From a virus (taxonomy: Duplodnaviria; Caudoviricetes): DNA of 24,242 bases. This document shows positions 8,775-17,645 of the stretch, piece by piece. Positions within the stretch are counted from its first letter, which is position 1; each line of letters begins with the position of its first letter. The stretch is from positions 1 through 24,242 of IMG/VR virus record IMGVR_UViG_3300042516_001102; one strand, given 5' to 3'. A model generated the notes under the pieces. It saw nothing but the letters and a program-made list of their open reading frames with translations. It was not told where the DNA came from and made no database searches. The position numbers and the translations under genes were made by a program.

Positions 8775-9836
8775 ATGAAAATTGCTTTATTAAACGATAC
8801 CCATTTTGGTTGTCGTAATGACTCCCCTGCTTTTATTGAATATCAAAACAAATTTTTTGATGATATTTTTTTTCCTTATTTAATAGAAAATAATATAAAA
8901 ACGGTAATTCATTTAGGCGATGTTGTTGATAGAAGAAAATTTATTAACTTTCAAGTAGCACATAACTTTCAAAAAAAATTTTGGAAAAGACTATGGGACT
9001 TAAAAATAGATACTCATATTATTATAGGTAACCACGATACATATTATAAAAATACAAATGAAGTAAATTCAATGCAACAATTGGTTACAACGTTTGACGG
9101 AATAAATGAACCGTGGATATACACTAGTCCTAAAACAGTTAACTTTGATGGACTTGATATATTATTTTTACCTTGGATATGTGACGCAACAGCAGAAGAA
9201 TCATCACACGCAATAGACAAATCTACAGCACAAATATGTATGGGTCATTTAGAAATAAAAGGTTTTGAAATGCACAGAGGTCATCTTAATGAACAAGGAT
9301 TAGACAAAGATCAATTTAAAAGATTTGAAAAAGTTATATCAGGACATTTTCATAAAAAATCAGATGACAAACATATCTATTACCTAGGAACACAATATGA
9401 AATTACTTGGTCAGACTTTCAGTGTCCTAAAGGCTTTCATATGTTTGATACACAGACTAGAGAATTAATTAGAATACCAAACCCTAATAGAATTTTTAAA
9501 AAATTTATGTATGATGATACAAAAGAAGATTATACAAATAAAGATATAACTGAATACGAAAATTGTTTTGTAAAACTTTTTATTGTACAAAAAAAGAATC
9601 AGGATATGTTTGATAAACTTATAGATAAGTTTCATAATCAAATTAATGTACACGAATTAAATATTATAGAAGATACTACAAGTGATTTAACAGCTACAGT
9701 TAAAGATAATATTTTAGAACAAGGTGAAGATACCCTTACATTTTTAAATAATTATATTGATCAAATAGATACTACATTAGATAAAAACAAACTTAAAAAT
9801 TATGTAAAAGAACTTTATGTTGAGGCAAACGAATGA
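8775..9836 (+). CDS. gp47: Recombination endonuclease subunit gp47 (Mre11/SbcD-like)
   Basis: DTHFG, HLGDVVDRR, GNHD, SGHFH metallophosphoesterase motifs. Confidence 0.96.
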   Translation: MKIALLNDTHFGCRNDSPAFIEYQNKFFDDIFFPYLIENNIKTVIHLGDVVDRRKFINFQVAHNFQKKFWKRLWDLKIDTHIIIGNHDTYYKNTNEVNSMQQLVTTFDGINEPWIYTSPKTVNFDGLDILFLPWICDATAEESSHAIDKSTAQICMGHLEIKGFEMHRGHLNEQGLDKDQFKRFEKVISGHFHKKSDDKHIYYLGTQYEITWSDFQCPKGFHMFDTQTRELIRIPNPNRIFKKFMYDDTKEDYTNKDITEYENCFVKLFIVQKKNQDMFDKLIDKFHNQINVHELNIIEDTTSDLTATVKDNILEQGEDTLTFLNNYIDQIDTTLDKNKLKNYVKELYVEANE

Positions 9837-11548
9837 TAGTATTTAAAAAAATTAAATGGAAAAACTTTTTATCTACTGGTAATACACCAATAGAAATAGC
9901 TTTAAATACAGCACCTTCAACACTAATCATAGGTACAAACGGCGCTGGTAAATCTACTTTATTAGATGCAATATGTTTTGCGTTATTTAATAGACCATTC
10001 AGATTAATTAAAAAAGAACAAATTGTAAACTCAATTAATGATGCTGACACAGAAGTTATACTAGAGTTTAGTATAGGTACAAAAGAATATAAAATTATAA
10101 GAGGTATTAAACCCACTTTATTTGAAATATACTTAGATGGTCAGTTATTAAATCAAGATGCATCTAGTGTAGATTATCAAAGATATTTAGAAAATAATAT
10201 TTTAAGATTAAACTATAGATCGTTTGTACAAGTAGTTATACTAGGGTCATCATCATACGAACCATTTATGAGATTAAGACCTAGACATAGACGTGAGGTT
10301 GTAGAAGAAATATTAGATATAAGAGTTTTTGGAAATATGGACGTTCTATTAAGAAATCAACAAACAGCCTTAACAGATAGTATTGTAGATTTAAAACACA
10401 AATGTGATATAGTAGAATCAAAATATGAATTAGAACAAAAACATTTTAATGAGATACAAAATCGTAACATAAACGACAAAGATGTTAAAAAGGTTGTATT
10501 GGAAGAAAATAAAAAATCACTAGAAAAATATATAGAAGAAGTTAATACCTATAATAAAGAAATAGAACAATATAACGTTTCTTTAAAAGAATTAGATACT
10601 TATAATAAAAAAGCAAATCAATTATCAAAGCTAGAAGCCAAAATAGAAACAAATTTATTAAAACATAAAAGAACATTAGAGTTTTTTCAAAACAATGACA
10701 CGTGTCCCGAATGTACACAGAATATAAATTTGTCTGTTAAGTCTGACAAAATAACAGCAGAGACATCTAAGATATCAAAACTAGATGAAGGACTGAAACA
10801 ACTACTATCAGAAATAATAGAAACTGAAACTGTTATTAATAATCTAAATGCAACATCACAAAAAGTAAATGAATTATTAGTTAAAGTTGCAAAAGCAAAT
10901 ACTTCAATAGAAGCATTAAAGAAATATAGTGATAATATACATAGTGAGATTTTATCTTTAGAAAATAAACAAACAGATGGTAAGAATATACAAGAACAAT
11001 TAAATCAATTAAAAATTGACCTAGAATTAAGTAAAAAAGAACTAATAAGAATTACAGAAGAAAAACAATACATTGATGTTTTAAGAGAATTATTAAATGA
11101 TAAAGGTGCTAAGGCAATGATAATTAAAAAGTATATTCCAATAATGAATACTTTAATAAATCAATATTTACAATCAATGGATTTCTTTGTATCTTTTCAT
11201 TTAGATGAAGAATTTAATGAAACAGTAAAAAGTCGTCATAGAGATAACTTTGATTATAATAATTTTAGCGAAGGCGAAAAACTAAGAATAGATCTAGCAC
11301 TGGTGTTTACTTGGAGAGCAATAGCTAAAATAAAAAATAGTGCTCATACAAACTTATTAATATTAGATGAAATTTTTGATAGTAGTTTAGATGGTCAAGG
11401 AACAGATGATTTCTTTAAAATTCTTAGATCATTAACTAAAGAAAATATCTTTATTATATCGCATAAAGGTGATATACTATTTGATAAGTTTACTAATATA
11501 ATTAAGTTTGAAAAAGAACATAACTTTACGAGGTTACAAAATGTCTAA
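9833..11548 (+). CDS. gp46: Recombination endonuclease subunit gp46 (Rad50/SbcC-like ATPase)
   Basis: GTNGAGKS Walker A, CPEC zinc hook, FSEGEKLRIDLAL signature, LILDEIFDSSLD, ISHK. Confidence 0.97.
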   Translation: MIVFKKIKWKNFLSTGNTPIEIALNTAPSTLIIGTNGAGKSTLLDAICFALFNRPFRLIKKEQIVNSINDADTEVILEFSIGTKEYKIIRGIKPTLFEIYLDGQLLNQDASSVDYQRYLENNILRLNYRSFVQVVILGSSSYEPFMRLRPRHRREVVEEILDIRVFGNMDVLLRNQQTALTDSIVDLKHKCDIVESKYELEQKHFNEIQNRNINDKDVKKVVLEENKKSLEKYIEEVNTYNKEIEQYNVSLKELDTYNKKANQLSKLEAKIETNLLKHKRTLEFFQNNDTCPECTQNINLSVKSDKITAETSKISKLDEGLKQLLSEIIETETVINNLNATSQKVNELLVKVAKANTSIEALKKYSDNIHSEILSLENKQTDGKNIQEQLNQLKIDLELSKKELIRITEEKQYIDVLRELLNDKGAKAMIIKKYIPIMNTLINQYLQSMDFFVSFHLDEEFNETVKSRHRDNFDYNNFSEGEKLRIDLALVFTWRAIAKIKNSAHTNLLILDEIFDSSLDGQGTDDFFKILRSLTKENIFIISHKGDILFDKFTNIIKFEKEHNFTRLQNV

Positions 11549-12200
11549 TGAAATAAAAGAAGTAGTGTGGGATAAAGTAGATGAAAATGGAAATCCTGTT
11601 AATCCACGTTTAGCTACAAAAGAAGAAATAGAAAAAAAGAAAACAGAAAAAAAATCACTTAAATTAATATCGCCAAGTGATCCTAGAGTATTAAGTGCTA
11701 TTGCACCTTTTAACGATAGTATGTTAAAAGAACATAACTTTAAAGATAGACAAGAACTTTCAGATGTAATGTTTGAAACAATGTTTAGATATGGAGGGTT
11801 GGGGTTATCAGCCAATCAAGTAGGATTACCTTTTAATATGTTTGTATTTGGTGGGCATCCCGAAATAGAAAAAGGAGTTAAAATAACTTGTTTTAATCCT
11901 ATGATTATATCTGCAGAAGAAGAAACAATTGTTATGAAAGAAGGGTGTTTAAGCTTTCCTTTTTTATTTTTGAACTTAACTAGACCTAGAAAAATAGTTG
12001 CTAAGTATGAAGATGAAAAAGGCGATTTAAAAGAAGCTCATTTAGATGGTATGATGAGTCGTATATTTCAGCACGAATATGATCATATGTTAGGTAGATT
12101 ATTTACTGAACGTGCAAGTAAATTAAAACTTGATATGGCTTATAAAAAAGCAGAAAAAGAAATAAGTAGATTGGAAAGGAGAAGAATGTTAAATGGCTAG
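11541..12200 (+). CDS. def: Peptide deformylase
   Basis: GLGLSANQVG, EGCLS and HEYDH motifs; probable start at the ATG at 11541 (GAGG upstream). Confidence 0.93.
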   Translation: MSNEIKEVVWDKVDENGNPVNPRLATKEEIEKKKTEKKSLKLISPSDPRVLSAIAPFNDSMLKEHNFKDRQELSDVMFETMFRYGGLGLSANQVGLPFNMFVFGGHPEIEKGVKITCFNPMIISAEEETIVMKEGCLSFPFLFLNLTRPRKIVAKYEDEKGDLKEAHLDGMMSRIFQHEYDHMLGRLFTERASKLKLDMAYKKAEKEISRLERRRMLNG

Positions 12201-12390
12201 TTTTACAGATGAACCTTTAAAACCTAAAATGTCACAAGAAGAAAGAGATAAACTTCTTAAAGAATTTTTAGATAAAGGTGGTAAAGTTACAAAATTAAAA
12301 CCAGGTATTGCTGAAGGTGCAGGTTCTTTAAATAGAAGTAAGACCTTACAGTGGTCACAAAAAGATATAATAGATCAACAAAAAGAATAA
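12193..12390 (+). CDS. Small protein with a SutA-like RNA-polymerase-binding motif
   Basis: ERDKLLKEFLDKGGKVTKL resembles, from recall, the SutA core E-F-L-x-x-G-G-K-V; translationally coupled on both sides. Confidence 0.55.
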   Translation: MASFTDEPLKPKMSQEERDKLLKEFLDKGGKVTKLKPGIAEGAGSLNRSKTLQWSQKDIIDQQKE

Positions 12391-13523
12391 TGTATAAACC
12401 ATATACAATGAAAGACGTATTAACGTCAGCTGAAAGAAAACTGTTTACAGTTATTTCTACCTTTGCAGGTGGAGGAGGTTCTTCTACAGGTTATAAATTA
12501 GCTGGTGGTAACGTATTAGTTGTAAATGAATTTGTAGATGCAGCAGTTGATACATATAAAGAAAATTATCCCGATACACCTGTTATTAAAGATGATATAA
12601 AAAAATTAACGGGTAAAGACTTTTTAGAACTTGCCAAGATATCAAAAGGTGAATTAGATATACTAGATGGTTCTCCACCGTGTTCAGCATTTAGTATTGC
12701 AGGTAAAAGAGAAAAGGGGTGGGATAAAACTAAAAAATATTCAGATGATAAACAAGTTGAAAACATAGAAGATTTATTTTTTGAATTTATTAGAATAGCA
12801 AATGATATACAACCTAAAGTAATCATTGGTGAAAACGTTGCTGGTATTACAATGGGTGAAGCAAAAGAATATTACAATCGTATTATAAATGAGTTTTCAA
12901 ATATAGGATATGAGGCAGTAGGTAAAGTATTAAACTCTGCGGATTATGGTACACCTCAAGCTAGACAAAGATGTTTCTTTGTTGCCATTAGAAATGATAT
13001 AATGAGTAAAATTGGATTAAACTTTATGAATATGGAAAGTGAAGTATATCCATTACCATCAGGAACTAAAGTTACATTAAAACAAGCAATAGATAATATT
13101 CAAAACGATCCTGAAGAAGAAAAGATGTTATTAGACTTTGTACAAGGTTCGTTTCAAAAAAAATGGATAGAACTATTAGAATTTAATCCTACTAAACATT
13201 TAAAACCATCAGATCCAAAATATATAGAAATTAATCCAAAACAATCTATGTTCAATATGATAAGACCTTGTCCCGATTTACCTTGTCCTACAGTTACACA
13301 AGCAGGACAAAAGATGGGTTTATCAGGAGTATTTCATTATGCAAAAAATCGTAAATTAACTATACTAGAATTAAAAAGAGTTATGGGGTTACCTGATGAT
13401 TTTAAACTATCAGGTAAATTTGATCAACAAGCTGAAAGAGTTGGAAGAATGGTTGCGCCATTATGTATGAAAAGTTTAATAGATAATATATATTTAAAAG
13501 TGCTGAAACCATTAAAATCTTAA
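12390..13523 (+). CDS. DNA (cytosine-5) methyltransferase
   Basis: Motif I FAGGGG, motif IV SPPC, motif VI ENV, motif VIII QARQRCFF, motif X ERVGRMV; start at the ATG at 12390 overlapping the upstream TAA. Confidence 0.93.
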   Translation: MYKPYTMKDVLTSAERKLFTVISTFAGGGGSSTGYKLAGGNVLVVNEFVDAAVDTYKENYPDTPVIKDDIKKLTGKDFLELAKISKGELDILDGSPPCSAFSIAGKREKGWDKTKKYSDDKQVENIEDLFFEFIRIANDIQPKVIIGENVAGITMGEAKEYYNRIINEFSNIGYEAVGKVLNSADYGTPQARQRCFFVAIRNDIMSKIGLNFMNMESEVYPLPSGTKVTLKQAIDNIQNDPEEEKMLLDFVQGSFQKKWIELLEFNPTKHLKPSDPKYIEINPKQSMFNMIRPCPDLPCPTVTQAGQKMGLSGVFHYAKNRKLTILELKRVMGLPDDFKLSGKFDQQAERVGRMVAPLCMKSLIDNIYLKVLKPLKS

Positions 13524-13607
13524 TTTTTTAGAGCGACAGCATCACAATTTTGACACAATCTATAATAAGTCATTGATTTTTATATCTTTTAAATTGCAGT
13601 ATAATCA

Positions 13608-13636
13608 TTGTAATTTGATAGGTAAGGTGTTATATT
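13608..13636 (+). promoter_or_regulatory. Sigma70-type promoter TTGTAA-N17-TATATT with extended -10 TG
   Basis: TTGTAA 13608-13613, TG 13628-13629, TATATT 13631-13636; predicted +1 at the ATG at 13643. Confidence 0.6.
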
Positions 13637-13642
13637 ATATAT

Positions 13643-15895
13643 ATGAGTAAAGTTAATAATATAAACATTGATTCTAAATCACAACTTGCAAAACTATTCG
13701 CAACAGAAAACTTATCTGTAGAACATAATAACGTAAAAACAGCTTCCTTTGATTTAGAAAACAGAATAGTTACTTTACCTATATTTAAAAACCCTCAAGG
13801 TGATGTTTACGATATGTTAACAGCACACGAATGTTCTCACGCTTTACATACACCATTAAAAGCTTGGTCTAAATTAGAAGATCCAAAGTATAGAGCTTAC
13901 GTTAACGTTATTGAAGATACTAGAATAGACAAATTAATTCAGAAAAAATATCCAGGTATAGTAAGAAATTATATTAATGCTTTTGATGTATTAATGAAAC
14001 AAAACTTTTTTGGTTTAAAAGATAAAAATGTAAATACAGATTTAATGTTAATTGATAAAATTAATATGTATTACAAATCATCTAAAAAATTAAATATTAA
14101 CTTTTCAAAAGAAGAGCAAAAATTTGTTGACAGAATTGATAATATTAAAACATTTACTGATGTATTAAAAATTGCTAAAGAGTTATATGGATGGCAAGAA
14201 AAACAATTAGAACAATTATCTAAGTTACCAGATTTTGACAATCACCCATTATCTAAAAATTATAAACTAGATAAAAATGGTAAATCTACAATTCAAATTA
14301 CAGTTAAAACTGAAAGCGATAATAACAACCCTTCAGATAATAAATCAGAAGAATCAAAAGATAAACAAGAAGGCAATTCGTCTGTTGGTAATCCTTTTGG
14401 TGCTGGTGGTGATAATGTTAAAGTTGATACTGCGTTAACTTGTATTACAGATCAAAATTTTGAACAATCAAAAGATAAGTTATTAGATAAAAGTAAAACT
14501 TATAGATACGCTACTTTACCTGAACCTAATTTAAAAAATGCTTTAGTATCTTACGAACAATTTTTAAAAGATATGAAAGACAATGTATCGGGTCATTGTT
14601 CAGGCAAAATTACTAATGGAAACTTTAATACTGATATGTATAAAGCATATTGGAATTGGATTAAACAAGATTTCCTAAAATTTAAAAAAGACAGTTCAAA
14701 AACTGTAATGTATCTTGTTAAAGAATTTGAAATGAAAAAAGCAGCTACTGCTCATAAAAGATCTACTGCTGATAAAACAGGAGTTATTGATTCTCTTAAA
14801 TTAAAAAACTACAAATTTAGTGATGATATTTTTAAAAGATTAACAGTATTACCTGATAGTAAAAACCACGGTATGATAATGTTATTAGACTGGTCAGGTT
14901 CAATGTGCGATCTAATGAATAAAACTGTACATCAATTATGTAACCTAGTTTGGTTTTGTCAAAAAATTAATATACCTTTTGAAGTGTATTTGTTTAAAGA
15001 TGTACAAGACAAAAAAGACGATACAAAAGAATATTTTAAATTTAAAAATGGTAATATGTTTGCTGAAAAATCTCATTTAGTAAACGTTGTTAGCCATAGA
15101 ATGAAAAAAACAGTATTACACGAATCATTATTATACCTTTATATGATGGCCAATTATTTCAATAGATCATTTAGTTATGCAAGTGATGATTTACACCATA
15201 AAGGATATCCAATTCCAGTACAACAAGAGTATCACTTAACATCAACACCACTAAATGAAGCTATTATTATGTGTAATAAATTAATACCTTTATTTCAAGC
15301 AAAATATAAAATAGAAAAACTTTCATTTATTACTCTTACAGATGGCGAATCTAATGGTGATTGTGCTAATTATAATATTGATACCACTAAACCCAATAAC
15401 AAACTTGCCATTGAAAAATGGGACACTCAAACAATTATTAAAGATGGTAAAAAAAGATATACTACTGAAAGAGAATATACAGGTAGACATTATGATTCAT
15501 ACAGATCTTGCGTTACATCAACTTTATTAAAAGTATTACAATCAAAATATAATGTTACTACAATTGGTTTTTACTTATCTAAAAGAGTTAACAAAAATAG
15601 TTTTAGTCAATTTGTAGATGAGTATATTTCAGCTAATGGTAAATTAACTTATAATTCAAATTATGAAAAACTTAGAAAACAATTTTTAAAAGATAAAGTA
15701 TTAGAAATACCTAAACCAGGTTATAATTCTTACTATGTTGTTAATGCTAAAGATATGAATATTGAAAACGCTGATTTGAGTAATATTAATAGTGGTAATA
15801 CTACTAGTGAAATTAAAAAGATATTCACCAAATCTATGAAAAATAGACTGTATTCCAGAGTGCTATTAAACAAATTTATAGAACAAATCGTTTAA
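13643..15895 (+). CDS. CobT-like protein: N-terminal HExxH metallopeptidase-like domain plus C-terminal VWA domain
   Basis: AHECSHAL and NVIEDTRID; MIDAS motif LLDWSGSM, STPL, LTDGE; paired with the downstream AAA ATPase. Confidence 0.85.
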   Translation: MSKVNNINIDSKSQLAKLFATENLSVEHNNVKTASFDLENRIVTLPIFKNPQGDVYDMLTAHECSHALHTPLKAWSKLEDPKYRAYVNVIEDTRIDKLIQKKYPGIVRNYINAFDVLMKQNFFGLKDKNVNTDLMLIDKINMYYKSSKKLNINFSKEEQKFVDRIDNIKTFTDVLKIAKELYGWQEKQLEQLSKLPDFDNHPLSKNYKLDKNGKSTIQITVKTESDNNNPSDNKSEESKDKQEGNSSVGNPFGAGGDNVKVDTALTCITDQNFEQSKDKLLDKSKTYRYATLPEPNLKNALVSYEQFLKDMKDNVSGHCSGKITNGNFNTDMYKAYWNWIKQDFLKFKKDSSKTVMYLVKEFEMKKAATAHKRSTADKTGVIDSLKLKNYKFSDDIFKRLTVLPDSKNHGMIMLLDWSGSMCDLMNKTVHQLCNLVWFCQKINIPFEVYLFKDVQDKKDDTKEYFKFKNGNMFAEKSHLVNVVSHRMKKTVLHESLLYLYMMANYFNRSFSYASDDLHHKGYPIPVQQEYHLTSTPLNEAIIMCNKLIPLFQAKYKIEKLSFITLTDGESNGDCANYNIDTTKPNNKLAIEKWDTQTIIKDGKKRYTTEREYTGRHYDSYRSCVTSTLLKVLQSKYNVTTIGFYLSKRVNKNSFSQFVDEYISANGKLTYNSNYEKLRKQFLKDKVLEIPKPGYNSYYVVNAKDMNIENADLSNINSGNTTSEIKKIFTKSMKNRLYSRVLLNKFIEQIV

Positions 15896-15998
15896 GTATA
15901 TGAATTTAAAAGGTTTTTTCTTTAAAAAAAGACATAATGTTGACACAATGCTATGTTATTATATATGTATAAACTAAATGATGAAAGGACTAAAGTAA

Positions 15999-17189
15999 AT
16001 GATTGAACTTAATAAGACTCAAAAAGACTTCGTAGAAAAAGCTTATGCTTTTTATAAAAAAGAAGTTTTAACTAGAGCAGAAATTAATGATTTTTATAAA
16101 TCAGAAAAATTGAAAAACCCGTCTTGGTTAAAATCTGACGAATATAAAGTAGGTAGAGGTAGTTATAAATTACCTATGGCAAATTCAAAATCAAGTAAGG
16201 TTGAAAAAACAACTGATGTTGAAATTAAAAAAGAAGCCGCTTATATAGTATCTTCTCTTACAGGCGACATTGTACCTAAAAAAGATCCAGTGTTTGTACC
16301 ATTTGGCAACTATCCTGATATTAAATCTATTATCAAATCTGGTAAATTTTATCCAGTGTTTGTTACAGGTCTTTCTGGTAACGGTAAAACAATGTCTATA
16401 TTACAAGCTTGTGCCGAAGCTAAAAAAGAATGTATTAGAGTAAACGTTACAATTGAAACCGATGAGGACGATTTACTTGGCGGTTATAGATTAAAAGACG
16501 GCCAAACTGTATGGCAGAATGGTCCAGTTATTGAAGCTATGGAAAGAGGCGCTCTTCTTTTATTAGATGAGATCGACCTTGCTTCAAATAAGATTATGTG
16601 TTTACAACCGATCTTAGAAGGGTCAGGTGTGTTTGTTAAAAAGATTAACAAATTCGTAAAACCAAAAGATGGCTTTAACGTAGTGGCGACTGCCAATACT
16701 AAAGGTCAAGGTTCAGAAGATGGTAAGTTTATAGGTACCAATATTCTTAACGAAGCTTTCCTAGAAAGATTTCCAGTTACATTTGAACAAAGATATCCAA
16801 ATGCAAAAACTGAAGAAAAAATCTTAAACAATACCTTAGAAGCAACAGGTAAAAAAGATACCAACTACATTAACAAACTTGTTACGTGGGCTGATGTTAT
16901 CAGAAAAACTTACTTCGATGGTGGTGTAGATGAGATTATTTCTACCAGAAGATTGGTACATATTGTACAAGCGTACTCAATCTTTAATAACAAAGTAAAA
17001 GCAATTGAATTGTGTACAAATAGATTTGATGAAGATACTAAAACTTCATTTGTAGATTTATACACTAAAGTTGATGCTGGTGCTACTGCCGACCAAATTA
17101 TGGAGTCGCAAAGACAAGCAGAAGTTACAGCACAATCTCAAACGGATTCCAATGATAGTGAGGAAGACAAGTCGCAAGACATTGTCTAA
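15999..17189 (+). CDS. cobS: CobS-like MoxR-family AAA+ ATPase
   Basis: GLSGNGKT Walker A, LLLDEID Walker B, ATANTKG, NEAFLERF, ISTRRL; SD AAGGA upstream. Confidence 0.9.
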   Translation: MIELNKTQKDFVEKAYAFYKKEVLTRAEINDFYKSEKLKNPSWLKSDEYKVGRGSYKLPMANSKSSKVEKTTDVEIKKEAAYIVSSLTGDIVPKKDPVFVPFGNYPDIKSIIKSGKFYPVFVTGLSGNGKTMSILQACAEAKKECIRVNVTIETDEDDLLGGYRLKDGQTVWQNGPVIEAMERGALLLLDEIDLASNKIMCLQPILEGSGVFVKKINKFVKPKDGFNVVATANTKGQGSEDGKFIGTNILNEAFLERFPVTFEQRYPNAKTEEKILNNTLEATGKKDTNYINKLVTWADVIRKTYFDGGVDEIISTRRLVHIVQAYSIFNNKVKAIELCTNRFDEDTKTSFVDLYTKVDAGATADQIMESQRQAEVTAQSQTDSNDSEEDKSQDIV

Positions 17190-17207
17190 ATCTATCCATT
17201 TAGTCCT

Positions 17208-17229
17208 GAGTGGCCAATAATGGCCACTC
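17208..17229 (+). other. Perfect 9-bp GC-rich hairpin upstream of rpsU, without a U-tract
   Basis: GAGTGGCCA-ATAA-TGGCCACTC. Confidence 0.75.
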
Positions 17230-17255
17230 GCAACACCTTAAGGAGGTATATTTAA

Positions 17256-17465
17256 TTGGGACTCAAAATAGAAGTTAAGAATAACAATGTTGAAAAAGCA
17301 ATGCGTATTCTTAAAAAGAAACTTCTTAAAGAAGGCGTTATGAGACTGTACAAAATGAAACAGACTTATGAAAAGCCATCTGAAAAAAGAGTTAGAAAAG
17401 CAAAAGAAATGCGAGCTAACTTTTTAAAGAAGCAAAAGATGATGAGAGATATAAGAGGTTACTAG
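17256..17465 (+). CDS. rpsU: Ribosomal protein bS21 (phage-encoded)
   Basis: IEVKNNNVEKAMRILKKKLLKEG...YEKPSEKRVRK; TTG start with SD TAAGGAGGT at 17239-17247. Confidence 0.92.
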   Translation: MGLKIEVKNNNVEKAMRILKKKLLKEGVMRLYKMKQTYEKPSEKRVRKAKEMRANFLKKQKMMRDIRGY

Positions 17466-17609
17466 TTTTAACGCTCAATTGAACCTGTATATATATTATA
17501 GTATAGGCAATTCGTAAGACCTATACGGCGTTAAAAAGTTCAGTATTTACTTTAAAATACTGTAGAAAATCGGTGTTTGGTAGTTTACTCCGTGATAAAC
17601 AAACTACCA
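17466..17609 (+). ncRNA. Candidate structured RNA between rpsU and hsp20
   Basis: Four perfect stems: 17466-17474/17528-17536, 17501-17507/17520-17526, 17541-17548/17555-17562, 17578-17586/17601-17609; no ORF. Confidence 0.5.
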
Positions 17610-17643
17610 CTTGACAAAATATAGTTGAATAACTATATAAATA
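17610..17643 (+). promoter_or_regulatory. Composite promoter for hsp20 (sigma70/RpoH-like plus late TATAAATA)
   Basis: CTTGACA 17610-17616, CTATAT 17633-17638, TATAAATA 17636-17643. Confidence 0.65.
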
Positions 17644-17645
17644 AT

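Noticed and set aside
17466-17609. tRNA or CRISPR mini-array in the rpsU-hsp20 spacer
   Set aside because: No cloverleaf with a T-loop and acceptor stem, and no repeated direct-repeat/spacer units
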